DNA of 64,000 nucleotides, from positions 1 through 64,000 of the forward strand of contig CAZFGR010000008.1 of NCBI GenBank assembly GCA_964518475.1, read 5' to 3'. Positions 31,344 through 42,516 of the stretch are shown here, piece after piece; within the stretch, counting starts at the first letter, position 1; each line of letters opens with the position of its first letter. The DNA is from an uncultured Nitrososphaerota archaeon (lineage in GTDB: Archaea; Asgardarchaeota; Njordarchaeia; Njordarchaeales; Njordarchaeaceae). The notes below the pieces were generated by a model that worked only from the letters and a program-made list of their open reading frames with translations, was not told the DNA's origin and searched no databases. The translations under genes and the position numbers were made by a program.

Positions 31344-32725
31344 TTATTGGGCCTTATTAGCATATTGTTGTGCTTGAGCTTTCATTACCCCGACTTTATT
31401 GATGATTACTGTTGCCGCCACCACCATCGCTAACTGTGCCATCACCGCCACGCTCCATGTCGTCGTCACGTAGTCCCCAATGCTAACAAGATTGATCCTT
31501 ATTATTAGCATTATTGCTGAGCCCTCTATTTTCCTGATGAATGATTTATGTTTGTGAAAACTATCTTCGATTCTTGGTCTCTCGATCTTTGCACTAATGG
31601 ATATCCATACCACATCGAGTGGCGTTAGGAGTTTTTTCCATTCATCTGGCTTAGTTTTCCTATCCCTACACGAATGCTCCCGAGTTCTGGATGGATCCAA
31701 TATATCCCTATTTCACATATATTTAGTGCATCCATGCTAACTGCTCTGGCCTTAACAAGAATCCACGTCAGCGGGAGATACGTAATCATCAAATCTTTGT
31801 CAATCAACTCACTCACGCGAATGCTCTCGCCAAGCTCGAATATTTCCTCATAAGAATCCTCTAATAATTTGAATGTGAAATTTATTGAGCCGTTTAGTTT
31901 CTCAATATAAAGTTCAACATTCATTAGGGAGAATGTCATCATAGAGACTTTCCTTATAAAAACTCCATTGTTAGTAACGAGTCTCGCCTCAGCAAGTATC
32001 TCTAGGCGAATATCATGTGGTTGGTCGAGAGGTTTAAAACAATCGGCTATCTTTTCCCCAATCATATCATGAGGTTCTATCATGAGCCTTAGAAAGCCTC
32101 TCGGTGATTCTGGAATAATAGTTATTCTTCTCACGAGGATCGAGGCTCTATCCCAAGACGTTACTTTTATGCGAAATCTTATCCAATTCATGCAGGTGTT
32201 ATTCACGAGTGATAAATCAAGTTTTCCTTCATAAGTGATTAATTCTCCAGATTTATTAAACCTAAAAGATACCGTTTCAACAATTATCTCTTCTTCCGAT
32301 GTTAGGTAGCTGATCTGCATGTCAACAACTTCATTACTGCTTAATGCCTCAATCTCGGCATGGACGTTTAGAGGTGATGCTAGGATGTGTATTAATGCCA
32401 GATCGATTATCGCGCCCGCTACCTCGGAATCACTATATATTAGGAGTCCCTGATCAGTAAGATTTAGTTTCGTACCTTGTATTAATGGGTAGAAACCGCC
32501 TCCGTGGTTATATGGGAAGTCTTTAAAGATTGGCTTTTCGATGAATTTTCCACTCCCAGTTAATGTTACTCCTGGAGAATGTTTTGCCTCAGCAACTACT
32601 CTTGATTCGACAATTATTGATAGGCCTCTAAGGGGGTTTGCGAGGAATATTACCGTTGCGAATAAATCTATGAGTGTCAGCAAAATTAAAAAGCCTCTTA
32701 ATTCCTCTCTAGTCACCCTAACCAT
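31344..32725 (-). CDS. Membrane-anchored extracellular protein, probably one gene split by a frameshift at the homopolymer 31632-31637
   Basis: N-terminal TM in ORF 31625-32725; C-terminal TM anchor in overlapping ORF 31344-31700; one extra A in the run fuses them (MNGKKLLTPLDVVW). Confidence 0.55.
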
Positions 32726-35457
32726 GTCTCAACACCTCGAAGCAGTTCTAATGAGTGTGCACACAAATCAGTTATCATATGCTGGAGAGTTGAAAACATC
32801 AGGATGCTCCTAATTCTTAGCTCCCAGACCTGTATGAGAAAGTCCTTGACCAATATAATCTCGGGAAATTCATCATCATCCACATTCAGCATGCGAATGC
32901 CCTTGATATCGCCCTTAGCAATGAGGTGCTTAGTACTACCACCATAGGCTAGATTATGAACAACAATGTAATACTTCTTGATCGACTGGCGTTCTAAGAT
33001 ATTTTCCTCAAGTAATACCTCAACACCAAACAGCTTATTATTCACGATTGCTACATATGCTTTCATTGGAATGATCCATGGGGGTGGCGTTGACCTCCGA
33101 GATACACGCTTATCCACGATTATCGAGCCATCAAGGCTTATCAGCATGAATCTCGTATGTACAATTCCCGAGAATATGTCCCCGTACACGTAGTTTAGTG
33201 ATATAAATCTCTCGCCCCCAACACTAACAATATTTATGAAATCTTTTGATGGTCTAATCTCGCTCATATCCGTTATGTTTGGGTGATCAAGCTTTATTCT
33301 CCAAATTTCGCCATGACCAAGCTTCAAAAGTCTTATTGTGTGGTATATGTCAAATGTTGTCATTATGATCTCACTTGAACTATCACCATCAAGATCCTTA
33401 ACAAACACGCTTATTGGGATAGAGAACATTGCTGACAAATCATATCTCCAAGCAATTGAGCCGTTGCCTGATATTGTCGGTAATGAATACTTGTGAAGAT
33501 TCACCCTATATATTAGCAGAATTACGCGGGAGCCATTCAAGACTCCCGAACCAAAATAAACTAGTCTGAAGTTTTCCTCGTCCCAGTCGACTGCAAGACT
33601 GTTGATTATTGATCCATTATTGTCCCTAAGCTCAATAATCATCGAGTCTGTGGCGAAGCTCTCTCCGAAAATGCCTATCTCATCGAATCCGTCGCCGTCA
33701 ATATCCGTTGCAGCACATTTAATCACGAGGACTTTTTCGTGAAATGGTTTAGTCAAGAATGCTATGGATCCATTGTCTAGGACTCCAATTAGTCTGGATG
33801 CGTAACTGTCCATTATTACGAAGTCCATTAGAGGATCTCCATCAAGATTTGCCGCTACGAACTTTACCAGATTAGGCTGAACAATCGGGATTTTAACTTT
33901 TCTCACAGATCTTTCGACGAAGTCGTATGCGTATATGAAGCCTCCAGACGAAATTATTGATAATTCACATTCATTATCTAGATCGATGTCACTAAATAGC
34001 AATTCTCCCTTAATCTCAGGAACGATCACTTCTTCATTATTTAGGACCCCTAGGACGCTACCCCTTTCAATAGAGTATATACTAATGTATTTCTCTGCAC
34101 CAATCGCAATATAGTATGAGCCTCTTATTTCTGCTAGCGCCTTATAATACCAGACACTTGGAATCGGAAATGATTTGATTATGCTTAAATCATGGTCAAT
34201 AACAAAAAGTTTTGAAAGAGCATTAATGTTTCCAGCAGCCAATATCTCGTCATAGTGGTCAGAATCTATATCATGAACAAATACTATTTGCGTAGAGGAC
34301 GTGTTAAGGTTTATCGAATTCAGGACAGCTCCATTAATGTCCATTAGAATTATTCTTCCCGCCGCGTTAAATAGTAGATGTGTTTCGCCATCATGATGCA
34401 CAAGTGATGCAAATTCTCCTTCAAAACTAAATCTGACTGTCTTTATTATCGAGTTTTCATTTGATGCTAAAATGAGGGCTGTGTTGTTCTCGAGGAAGAT
34501 TGTGAAAACGAGCTCCTCCTTAGAGTCGTTGTTGATGTCCTCGAAAAACATTGAACACGTTCTCATCCCGTCGGGCCCAACATCAATTCTTGAAAGAGTG
34601 TTTATTGATCCGTCATTCCTCATAACGATGAGGGATAGATAACCATTCATCCACGAAGCCATAAATATTTCATCGAGATGATCATTGTTGAGATCCCTAG
34701 CACCAATTAGAATTTCTTCAATAGGGGGTATAATTGGTCCAAAATCGTAAGTTTTCTCCCATAATATATCTCCATGAGATATTGCTAGAATATGAGTCTT
34801 ATGTTCCCAAATCCATCCACCATCCCTCTGCACTCCGAATGATATTAGAGCAAGGATCTCTGGAGACCCATCACCATCCAGTTCAGCTTCAGCAAACGTT
34901 ACAGACCATAGTCTATAATTCTCTTCATCCTCACTCACACCGTATCTAAAAATCTCTCTACCATCAATCCTCCTAACAACGACGTCGCATCGAGACCACC
35001 CTTGCTCACCTTCCACGAAAATTAAATCCTTTAATCCATCTCCATCAACATCACTGAAAAACACATCAAAGAGCGGATCCGTTACGATAACCACCTTCCC
35101 GAGGATTCTTAAATTGTCATCAAATACAACAATCTTATTAGAGCCTCTACAGATAATCTCTGGGAGAGAATCAGAATCAACATCCATAACATCGTAAATC
35201 CTTATGTCGCTTTCCTTTTCTCTCTCATAGACTATGGTAACATACTCATTAGCAAGCATTATTTTTGTGTACTCATCAATCAGGAAGAGATCATCGCTAC
35301 CAATCCTTAGGGTGCAAATACCGAGAAAACGCATCTCATAATAACCTTCAAACTCATGTTCAAGAACCAGCTTAGCCTGCGGAAAAACAACAAAATACAC
35401 GAGTACGGAGAAACAAATAATAAGAATCACGGCGAGAGCCTTGATCTCTCGCCTCAT
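32713..35457 (-). CDS. Secreted FG-GAP/VCBS-repeat (integrin-like beta-propeller) protein
   Basis: Signal/TM helix; more than 10 DxDxDGxxE/D loops (DVDGDGLKDL, ELDGDGSPEI, DIDGDGFDEI, DLDGDSSSEI). Confidence 0.85.
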   Translation of the reverse strand: MRREIKALAVILIICFSVLVYFVVFPQAKLVLEHEFEGYYEMRFLGICTLRIGSDDLFLIDEYTKIMLANEYVTIVYEREKESDIRIYDVMDVDSDSLPEIICRGSNKIVVFDDNLRILGKVVIVTDPLFDVFFSDVDGDGLKDLIFVEGEQGWSRCDVVVRRIDGREIFRYGVSEDEENYRLWSVTFAEAELDGDGSPEILALISFGVQRDGGWIWEHKTHILAISHGDILWEKTYDFGPIIPPIEEILIGARDLNNDHLDEIFMASWMNGYLSLIVMRNDGSINTLSRIDVGPDGMRTCSMFFEDINNDSKEELVFTIFLENNTALILASNENSIIKTVRFSFEGEFASLVHHDGETHLLFNAAGRIILMDINGAVLNSINLNTSSTQIVFVHDIDSDHYDEILAAGNINALSKLFVIDHDLSIIKSFPIPSVWYYKALAEIRGSYYIAIGAEKYISIYSIERGSVLGVLNNEEVIVPEIKGELLFSDIDLDNECELSIISSGGFIYAYDFVERSVRKVKIPIVQPNLVKFVAANLDGDPLMDFVIMDSYASRLIGVLDNGSIAFLTKPFHEKVLVIKCAATDIDGDGFDEIGIFGESFATDSMIIELRDNNGSIINSLAVDWDEENFRLVYFGSGVLNGSRVILLIYRVNLHKYSLPTISGNGSIAWRYDLSAMFSIPISVFVKDLDGDSSSEIIMTTFDIYHTIRLLKLGHGEIWRIKLDHPNITDMSEIRPSKDFINIVSVGGERFISLNYVYGDIFSGIVHTRFMLISLDGSIIVDKRVSRRSTPPPWIIPMKAYVAIVNNKLFGVEVLLEENILERQSIKKYYIVVHNLAYGGSTKHLIAKGDIKGIRMLNVDDDEFPEIILVKDFLIQVWELRIRSILMFSTLQHMITDLCAHSLELLRGVETWLG

Positions 35458-35770
35458 TGGAATCCCAGTAAGTAAATATTTATATCAAATGGTATAATAA
35501 GCTACGTTTCAAATTTATATTTTTACCCCTCGTCTCGTGCGACCTCTTCGAGTCCGATATCAGCCCCATTCATAATCATCAGTAATTTTCCATGGATCCT
35601 CGCCCTCGCCAATCTGTAGAAAGAGAGTCCTAACAAAAAGCCATTAACTGTCAAGAACTTGTGCGGAGAGACGATGATCATATTTTTGATGAATCCCAAC
35701 TACATCTTTTCTTTTTTAAAAAATAAATTTAAAAAATAAAATGATTATGGATAAGAATCTCGACTAATTT

Positions 35771-37072
35771 CTAGTAGGGTAGTCTGTAGTGCTTAATAAC
35801 TATGTCTGCTAATCCTAGTTTCTCTAAAGTACTTATCGGGACTTGTAAGGACACTTGTACTATTCCCGGTAATCTGCCGATTTCAACAGCTCCTGTGATA
35901 GTAACTCGGTTAAGAACTTCTTCGTAACTCATGTTGAATAGTTTCGCAGCTCTCTCAAATCCTCTTTTAGCAGCATCATTTATGGTTGGGCCAGAACCAA
36001 TTACTTGGAGCGGGGCTACTTGTTCGATATCGATACCCAATTTCTTAGCTAATCCACTCACATACTCCCACTCGTCTTTTCGCCACGGTTTTGCGAGAGG
36101 AGGCAAGTCCTCCTCTGGGGGCAGTAGTAATGGACCATCTAAATTCAGGTTCTTCAACACTTCAAGCTTTAGGGTGACCCTTGCTGAAATATCAGTGGTG
36201 TGACCAGCTACTTCTCCATCTCCCTGCATAGCATGTGCGTCACCAGCGTATACCCCCGCTCCCCTTACTTTAACTGGAGCTATAACAATAGCGCCTTCCC
36301 TCGCAGAGTCGATATCTAAGTGTCCATCGGTTAGAGCAGTCTCGTATTGTTCCTTAGTTATTCTGTAGGGGTGAGGAGCATCTATTAAGAAGTATCCGAA
36401 ATCACCAGCATTGTGAGAATCGGGAATATCCACTGCTGGGACTGTTCCTAGTTGACCTAGGAACGGTCTTAATCTGGTAGGCACACCTACCAAATCAGCT
36501 TTATTGAAAATAAGTATCGGGACTTGCTTGGATTTTTCTGGAATAGCTCCCCATTCCCAAGCATTCTCCGCTATTTTCCTCGCAAACTCGGGATTCACTG
36601 TGATAGCGTATTTTTTCTCATCATCAAAAACTATAGTGTATCCGTGAACCATATCAAAAGGCGCTGCCGCTGCCCCGCATTTCTTACATTTTATCGCCTC
36701 TCTGCCAATTCCCTTCACTTCGAATTCCGGCCATGGTTCTCTACAGACTGGGCAACGCTTAGCAACGTATGGATCACCGACAAAAGCTCCCTCAACTGGT
36801 TTATCAACACCTGATGAAGATGCTTTTGAACGCACCTCGATCTTTTCAATCCTTATTACTACAGCATCACCTATTTCCGCCTTCTCAACAGCTACAGGAG
36901 TATTAACCTCATGACCACCTCTCAGCGTTGGCGTAATCATAGGCCCCCAGCATCCAGGGGTCGTAATAAAAACTACTCTTCCCCCATCACTCACCGGACC
37001 CAGCATGCGTGAATGCGGCCCAATAATACCATTTGTATATTCATCCACAACTAACTCGGAAGAGCTAGTCAT
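35771..37072 (-). CDS. Acetamidase/formamidase family protein
   Basis: PGCWGPMITP..GGHEV, DSHNAGDFG, TDGHLDID, GDAHAMQGDGEVAG. Confidence 0.92.
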   Translation of the reverse strand: MTSSSELVVDEYTNGIIGPHSRMLGPVSDGGRVVFITTPGCWGPMITPTLRGGHEVNTPVAVEKAEIGDAVVIRIEKIEVRSKASSSGVDKPVEGAFVGDPYVAKRCPVCREPWPEFEVKGIGREAIKCKKCGAAAAPFDMVHGYTIVFDDEKKYAITVNPEFARKIAENAWEWGAIPEKSKQVPILIFNKADLVGVPTRLRPFLGQLGTVPAVDIPDSHNAGDFGYFLIDAPHPYRITKEQYETALTDGHLDIDSAREGAIVIAPVKVRGAGVYAGDAHAMQGDGEVAGHTTDISARVTLKLEVLKNLNLDGPLLLPPEEDLPPLAKPWRKDEWEYVSGLAKKLGIDIEQVAPLQVIGSGPTINDAAKRGFERAAKLFNMSYEEVLNRVTITGAVEIGRLPGIVQVSLQVPISTLEKLGLADIVIKHYRLPY

Positions 37073-37292
37073 AAAGAAGACCCCTATAAAGCAGTCTATA
37101 AAATGTTGAAGTTAAAAGAGTTAAAAAATGTGTGCATTCTAAAAATTCAGCAATTTTTTCACACCGCATATGGAGAGTTTTTCAACCTCATTATAACGAT
37201 GCTATATTTTCCTAAATGCCAAGTAAAGACTTATAAAATATTGTAAACTTAGCTTATATTGAATAGGATCTCTGTCTCGGAGATGCTTCTCT

Positions 37293-37571
37293 ATGAATTG
37301 CAAGAATTGTAAATTCTACATCCCCTCTGAAATATTTCCAAAAATAGGCACTTGCTCGGCAACGGCAACCACAGTATTCGCCGACGACTCCTGCGAAAAA
37401 ATATCACCCATAGACATAGAAGAAGCAATCAAGGAGACAGGAAAAATCTACTGCCTAACATGCAGAACATGGGTCTTTGAGTGGAACCTAGATAAGCATA
37501 GAGACCATGTATTCTCCTTAGACGTCATTGATGATGAATTCCTCCACGAAGAAATCAACGCTGTTGACTAG
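37293..37571 (+). CDS. Small Cys-rich metal-binding protein
   Basis: CKNC..GTC..SC plus CLTC..H..H. Confidence 0.75.
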   Translation: MNCKNCKFYIPSEIFPKIGTCSATATTVFADDSCEKISPIDIEEAIKETGKIYCLTCRTWVFEWNLDKHRDHVFSLDVIDDEFLHEEINAVD

Positions 37572-37862
37572 AAATTCCCACGCTAGAGACCTCGAGCAAA
37601 GTTGTAAATAACTAATTGACTTGCAACCAAACTAGAAGAAAAGATATATAGTACTTCCTTATAGAATTTTCAGGATCAGAGAAGTCAAGCCTAATATGTA
37701 AATCGGATTCTCTGGGCATAATAAAGAAAATCCTAAAAAGGAATTGAGAGTATTCTAAATCTAATCTATTGGTATTTTCGTAAGGTTTTTAAGGAATTAA
37801 TAATATGTCTATTATGTAATGATTCCCTTCAAGTAATGACTATTTAAGAGAGATAACGATGC

Positions 37863-38213
37863 TTGACCTCAGCTCTATCTTGTCTATTCTTTATAGTGCG
37901 TCTTTATAGTGCGGCTTTTATCGCCCTCTGGTTAATGTTAACAGTTTTTGCCATAATAGGTTACCAAAATAAGAGAAAAACAGGATTTCTACTATTGAGC
38001 ATCTCAGGACTGCTTCTTATAGCTGCCCGTGCTTTTAATCTATACTTGTTTTACCTCCTGATCTCGTCCGAAGGTATTGGAAACATCATAAATACTATAA
38101 CCACAATAAACATGATCACAACTATGACTGCCTTATTAGGGACAATCCTATTAGTTATTGGGGTCGCTCTATTGGCTTTTGAGCGGGAAAGTCCAAGTCA
38201 GTACCAGATGTAA
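37863..38213 (+). CDS. Small membrane protein
   Basis: Three hydrophobic segments. Confidence 0.65.
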   Translation: MTSALSCLFFIVRLYSAAFIALWLMLTVFAIIGYQNKRKTGFLLLSISGLLLIAARAFNLYLFYLLISSEGIGNIINTITTINMITTMTALLGTILLVIGVALLAFERESPSQYQM

Positions 38214-38288
38214 AAGATAGAAAACATAAACAACATACATAATTCTTTTTCCGCAAATCATTTTTTTTCTCTTTGATCAAGCCTAGTT

Positions 38289-39122
38289 TTATACTGTAGG
38301 GGGTATGACTCCTCCTAATCTGAGGACTTCGAGTCCTTCTTTTTCTAATCGGTCTAGGAATGGGTTGATGCCTACGGAGTCGCTCGCGATGTGTCCGGAG
38401 ATTATTAGGTTGCCCTTGTTTTCTGCTCTTAGTTTCATTAAGTCTCCTGGGGATATGTGTATGTAAACAACTGTGTCAATGCCGTATTCGAAGTATTTGG
38501 ATGCTACTTCGTAGCCTCCGTTTGTTAATGCTCCGTGGGATACTACTACTTTCCCTACTGGATTCTCTGGTGATCCAACCTCTACTAGGATCTTTGTTTT
38601 TGCGTATTTGAATTCTTTAAGCGTGTACAGTGCGTCGATAACGTCTTGAACCTTTGGATTCTGCCTTCCCTTTAGGTATTTATCAATTGTTTCCTGCATT
38701 ATTCTGCGGCCTATCTCGTCTAGTGGGTTATGAATATTCATGAATGGTATTTTGAGAAGTCTGGCTATTGAGTCTACTAAATCATAATTGCGGATATGCC
38801 CAGTTATCTTTATTTCCAATAATTTCTTCTGCACAGCTTTTTCAGCTTCTTCTCTAGGAACCCCTGCTTTAACCATCTGATCTACGTGTTTTAGGAAGAC
38901 TTTCCAGGCGTTAACGCAGGCAGATGTATAGTGGTGTGAAATTACTAAATCATAGCCTAGTTGTTTTGCTAGGATGAGGATTGATGGATCCGGATCTATT
39001 GTGAAAATTACTCTGTTAATATCTTTTCCCGGGACATATATGGCGCTGTCAGGGGGCACTTCATCGAAACCAGCCATTTCTAAGGCGATCTGCATGATTT
39101 CTTCAGTATCCAAACTAATCAC
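38289..39122 (-). CDS. Nif3-like dinuclear metal-centre protein
   Basis: DS, ID, VISHH, MNIHNPLD, GHIASDSVG. Confidence 0.8.
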   Translation of the reverse strand: MISLDTEEIMQIALEMAGFDEVPPDSAIYVPGKDINRVIFTIDPDPSILILAKQLGYDLVISHHYTSACVNAWKVFLKHVDQMVKAGVPREEAEKAVQKKLLEIKITGHIRNYDLVDSIARLLKIPFMNIHNPLDEIGRRIMQETIDKYLKGRQNPKVQDVIDALYTLKEFKYAKTKILVEVGSPENPVGKVVVSHGALTNGGYEVASKYFEYGIDTVVYIHISPGDLMKLRAENKGNLIISGHIASDSVGINPFLDRLEKEGLEVLRLGGVIPPTV

Positions 39123-39198
39123 CCATGACTAGGGATTAAACTAGAGAAAGGATTGTAGAATTAAAAATTAACGCACTAACTTTATGGATTACGAATCA

Positions 39199-39483
39199 TC
39201 AAGATCTCAAATGCTGGTATTCCTTTACTTTTCCATGAGCACTACTTTTGAGGAATAATATCCGTCTCTTGTAGGATTCTCTGGTAACTAGGTGTATCGT
39301 ATAGATTATTGAGAAGATTAATAATACACCAAGTTGCATAGAGATCATTAAAAGGTAAGCTGGAGTAGCTAATGCTGGGGCCACTGTTTTTAAGGCTAGG
39401 TACGCGAAGCCTCGTTCTGTTTCTCCGATTATTGATTGAAAAAGGGCTCCTGCGAAAAACGTTGTCGTCAACGCTAGAGTCAT
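39199..39483 (-). CDS. Small membrane protein
   Basis: Hydrophobic ORF co-oriented with 39500-39751. Confidence 0.5.
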   Translation of the reverse strand: MTLALTTTFFAGALFQSIIGETERGFAYLALKTVAPALATPAYLLMISMQLGVLLIFSIIYTIHLVTRESYKRRILFLKSSAHGKVKEYQHLRS

Positions 39484-39499
39484 TGTTGTTATAATTGGT

Positions 39500-39751
39500 T
39501 TAGTCAGTACTTCCGCTTCTTTGAAAAAACACTTTATTTATCCATCTTATCACTATTTCACATCCTACCATTCCAACTATGCCAAATACCATAGTTCCTA
39601 TAGAGGCTGTTGAGATGGGTAATTCAAGTATTTTTAATAGATCCGTGATTAGCCATGAAAAGCCAAAGGCGAAGATAGAAAAGAATATAAACTGAATAAT
39701 CCTAACCCTAAATATGAGGTTTATCCGCCTTATCTCCTGCTCCGAGCTCAT
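39500..39751 (-). CDS. Small two-helix membrane protein
   Basis: Two TM segments; GGTGA RBS upstream. Confidence 0.65.
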   Translation of the reverse strand: MSSEQEIRRINLIFRVRIIQFIFFSIFAFGFSWLITDLLKILELPISTASIGTMVFGIVGMVGCEIVIRWINKVFFQRSGSTD

Positions 39752-39799
39752 AATGGTTCACCGCAACCTGAATTCTCAAAAGCCTTTAAATGACTTGCG

Positions 39800-40135
39800 G
39801 TGATAAAAATATACGGTGTTAAACAATCATGTTCGAAAAACTTGAACAGGTCTAGGGCTAGAGGGCCCGTATTAAAGATTTTTGCGAAATATTTTGTATC
39901 GGGAATCTTTTTAGGTCTCTTACTGGTTCTCAATGCCTATCTTATCTTCGAAAGAACCACTATATCGGGAGAACCATTTCTCGGCAGAGGAAGAAAAGCA
40001 ACTCTTCCTGCTGCTACGCCAATATCTTTTCATACATGGATTATTATCGAGCTTTTCTTGGTACTTCTACTTGTTATTATTCTTCTGGTTAAGTCGTTAA
40101 GGTCTCAGGAGACTCTTCGGTACCTGGAGATCTAA
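39800..40135 (+). CDS. Two-helix membrane protein
   Basis: Two TM segments; start uncertain. Confidence 0.55.
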   Translation: MIKIYGVKQSCSKNLNRSRARGPVLKIFAKYFVSGIFLGLLLVLNAYLIFERTTISGEPFLGRGRKATLPAATPISFHTWIIIELFLVLLLVIILLVKSLRSQETLRYLEI

Positions 40136-40139
40136 TTTT

Positions 40140-40607
40140 TTGGTGGTGATGATGAGTAGTTCCGAGGATATCTTGAGAGGCAATACTTTGAGAATTTACT
40201 TATATATGTTAAGGAAGCGGGAGCCTGTAGGTGTTAGGGAGATTATGCGTGCACTCGGGCTTAGAAATCCAAGCCTTGCTCATTATCACCTAAACAAATT
40301 AGTTCAAGCAGGTTATGTTAAGCAGCAAGGTAGTAAGTATATTTTAGTCAAACAAGTTAAAATAGGTATTCTTAAGCAAATAATGATTATCCAGGGTATT
40401 CTATTTCCCCGATTCGCACTATATTTTGGCCTTTTTCTCAGCTTTTTTATGACGGAGATAGTATTGGTTCTTCATGAGCAATTCCAAATAGCTTCTCTTA
40501 TCTCCCTCGTATCTTTAGGCATAGGAGCTGGCATCATGTTATTGGAGACCGTTAATCTAATAAAGGAACTCCAGCCCTACATAAGAGAGACCAAGGAGAA
40601 TGACTAG
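40140..40607 (+). CDS. Winged-helix regulator with C-terminal transmembrane helices
   Basis: LRGNTLRIYLYML...VGVREIMRALGLRNPSLAHYHLNKL, then two TM segments. Confidence 0.85.
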   Translation: MVVMMSSSEDILRGNTLRIYLYMLRKREPVGVREIMRALGLRNPSLAHYHLNKLVQAGYVKQQGSKYILVKQVKIGILKQIMIIQGILFPRFALYFGLFLSFFMTEIVLVLHEQFQIASLISLVSLGIGAGIMLLETVNLIKELQPYIRETKEND

Positions 40608-41269
40608 AGACCAAATTATTTTGTGGGCAGTTGTTGAAGTTTCCGGACATTCTTTTATCTAATTTTGATTAGTCTAATCATGCTTAGTCTAATCTTATTT
40701 AGACAGCAATTGTGATAGATACTTTTTCATCAATAGGGGGCCGGAATTAGAGTACTTAGAGAAATGCTGGAGGACATATAGGACGGGTTGGTTATTGTGT
40801 GGGATCGTAGACGTGCAAGAAAACGTGTCTATTACTAGAGTATTCCAGAAACAAGAACCCACTTTCCTTTGGTGTTTTTATGAGTCCAAGTCTTCGCTTC
40901 TAAGTTTTTTACCAAAAGAGATTAGGAGACGACTAAATATCTCACTCCCGGCTATATTTTTTCCGATCAGAATAAAACTACAAGATTGAAAATGAAGTCA
41001 AGAATTATTACCTTTATCTAGGGGCATTAAAAAATACGAAAACAAAAAAGTAAAAATGATACAAGAAGAATCGAAGCAAATTAAGCCATAGAGAACTCAA
41101 GTTAGAAAATATATTTTGTAAAAGAGGGATAATTTTTTTGAAACTGGGGAACGAAAATAAAACCATAAAAAATAAATATTCTTTACTAATTTGTCGTCAA
41201 TGATATGTAATAATAACTTACCTATTTATCGTTAAACACCTCTACGGGACTGAAATATAGGGGTGAATT

Positions 41270-42382
41270 ATGAGAAAAAGTATAGCCATCCTTGCAATTG
41301 GCCTAGTTTCTGTTTTGCTCTTGTCTTTGCTTTATACATCTCCCCAAATTCCCATTAATGCTGATCCTGACGGAGATGGATTACCAACTGTAAAAGAGCA
41401 ATCCTTAGGTACTGATCCTAATGACCCAGACACCGATAATGACGGATTAAACGACGGAGAAGAAGTCGATAGATATGGAACTAGTCCAGTAGATTTCGAC
41501 ACTGACGGAGACGGGCTTGGAGACGGAGAAGAAGTTAAGAAATACGGTACAGATCCCAAAGACCTTGATACAGACGACGATGGATTAAACGACGGAGAAG
41601 AAGTAAAAAGTTACGGAACCGATCCGAAAAAAACAGATACTGATGGAGACGGACTAAACGACAGAGTTGAAGTAAAGAATTTTCTCACAGATCCTAATGA
41701 CCCGGATACAGACGACGATGGATTAAACGACGGAGAAGAAGTATATGAGTACAAGACAGATCCCAGAGACCCGGATACAGACGACGATAAACTTTTAGAC
41801 GGCCAAGAAGTAGAGAAAGGGACTGATCCTAATGACCCAGACACCGATAATGATGGATATTCTGACGGTAATGATCTTTTCCCACTATTCGATGCTCATC
41901 TCAAGATACACATGGATTACTGGAAAGAATGGCGAGCAGGAGACACGTTAAACGGTGGGGATCCGTATTTCGTAATCTCAATCTATATTAAACAGGCTAA
42001 TAGCTTAGTTCAATATTACTCTACAACTATTGATGTTCAAGATGATATTATAGAAGCTTGGGACCTATTCACATTAACGGTCAATATTCCAGATAGTGCC
42101 CACTATTTACTGATAGTGATAGATGCTTGGGATGCCGATGTAGATGCCGATGATCACTATGATATAAATGGAAATGATCCATCAAAATATGCCCTTGAAA
42201 TAGAATTCAATGTGCTTTCGAAGAAATTAACAGTTGAAGGAAATGGGCTTTCGGATGGAGAAGAACCGACAGGAGGACTTACAGATGCCTATGCTAAAGT
42301 TACGATAGAAATCGTAAAACCTGTTACTGTATCACTAACTCCTTTCAGTATAGTTTCAACCTTTCCTTTCTTTTTATCCTAA
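41270..42382 (+). CDS. Secreted calcium-binding protein: TSP3-like DxDxDG repeats plus C2-like domain
   Basis: Signal peptide; about 8 repeats of DPxxxDTDxDGLxDGEE; GDPYF and AWDADxxxDD motifs. Confidence 0.8.
   Translation: MRKSIAILAIGLVSVLLLSLLYTSPQIPINADPDGDGLPTVKEQSLGTDPNDPDTDNDGLNDGEEVDRYGTSPVDFDTDGDGLGDGEEVKKYGTDPKDLDTDDDGLNDGEEVKSYGTDPKKTDTDGDGLNDRVEVKNFLTDPNDPDTDDDGLNDGEEVYEYKTDPRDPDTDDDKLLDGQEVEKGTDPNDPDTDNDGYSDGNDLFPLFDAHLKIHMDYWKEWRAGDTLNGGDPYFVISIYIKQANSLVQYYSTTIDVQDDIIEAWDLFTLTVNIPDSAHYLLIVIDAWDADVDADDHYDINGNDPSKYALEIEFNVLSKKLTVEGNGLSDGEEPTGGLTDAYAKVTIEIVKPVTVSLTPFSIVSTFPFFLS
41360..41880 (+). repeat. Intragenic ~69-bp tandem repeats
   Basis: Exact 32-bp duplicate at 41411/41822; exact 39-bp duplicate at 41567/41705. 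Confidence 0.85.
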
Positions 42383-42516
42383 ACTCCAAAACTCGGTGTT
42401 TGAAAAAGAAGAGAGCTTAGAAAGAGAATGCACTTCTTCAGTTTCTAGGGAACGCTAGGAAATTACTATAGCTAAAGAAACTACAAAGTTTTAAGAAGGA
42501 TTAATTAAAAAATTTC

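Noticed and set aside
35520-35700. GC-richer intergenic stretch as ncRNA or a 52-aa ORF
   Set aside because: No tRNA cloverleaf, box C/D pair or homology cue
40620-41260. Long intergenic region, ORF 40795-40989 and a possible gene remnant
   Set aside because: No recognisable motif, terminal repeats or RNA structure
41360-41880. Regularly spaced ~69-bp repeats as a CRISPR array
   Set aside because: They are in-frame coding repeats with synonymous variation, have no unique spacers, and no cas genes are present
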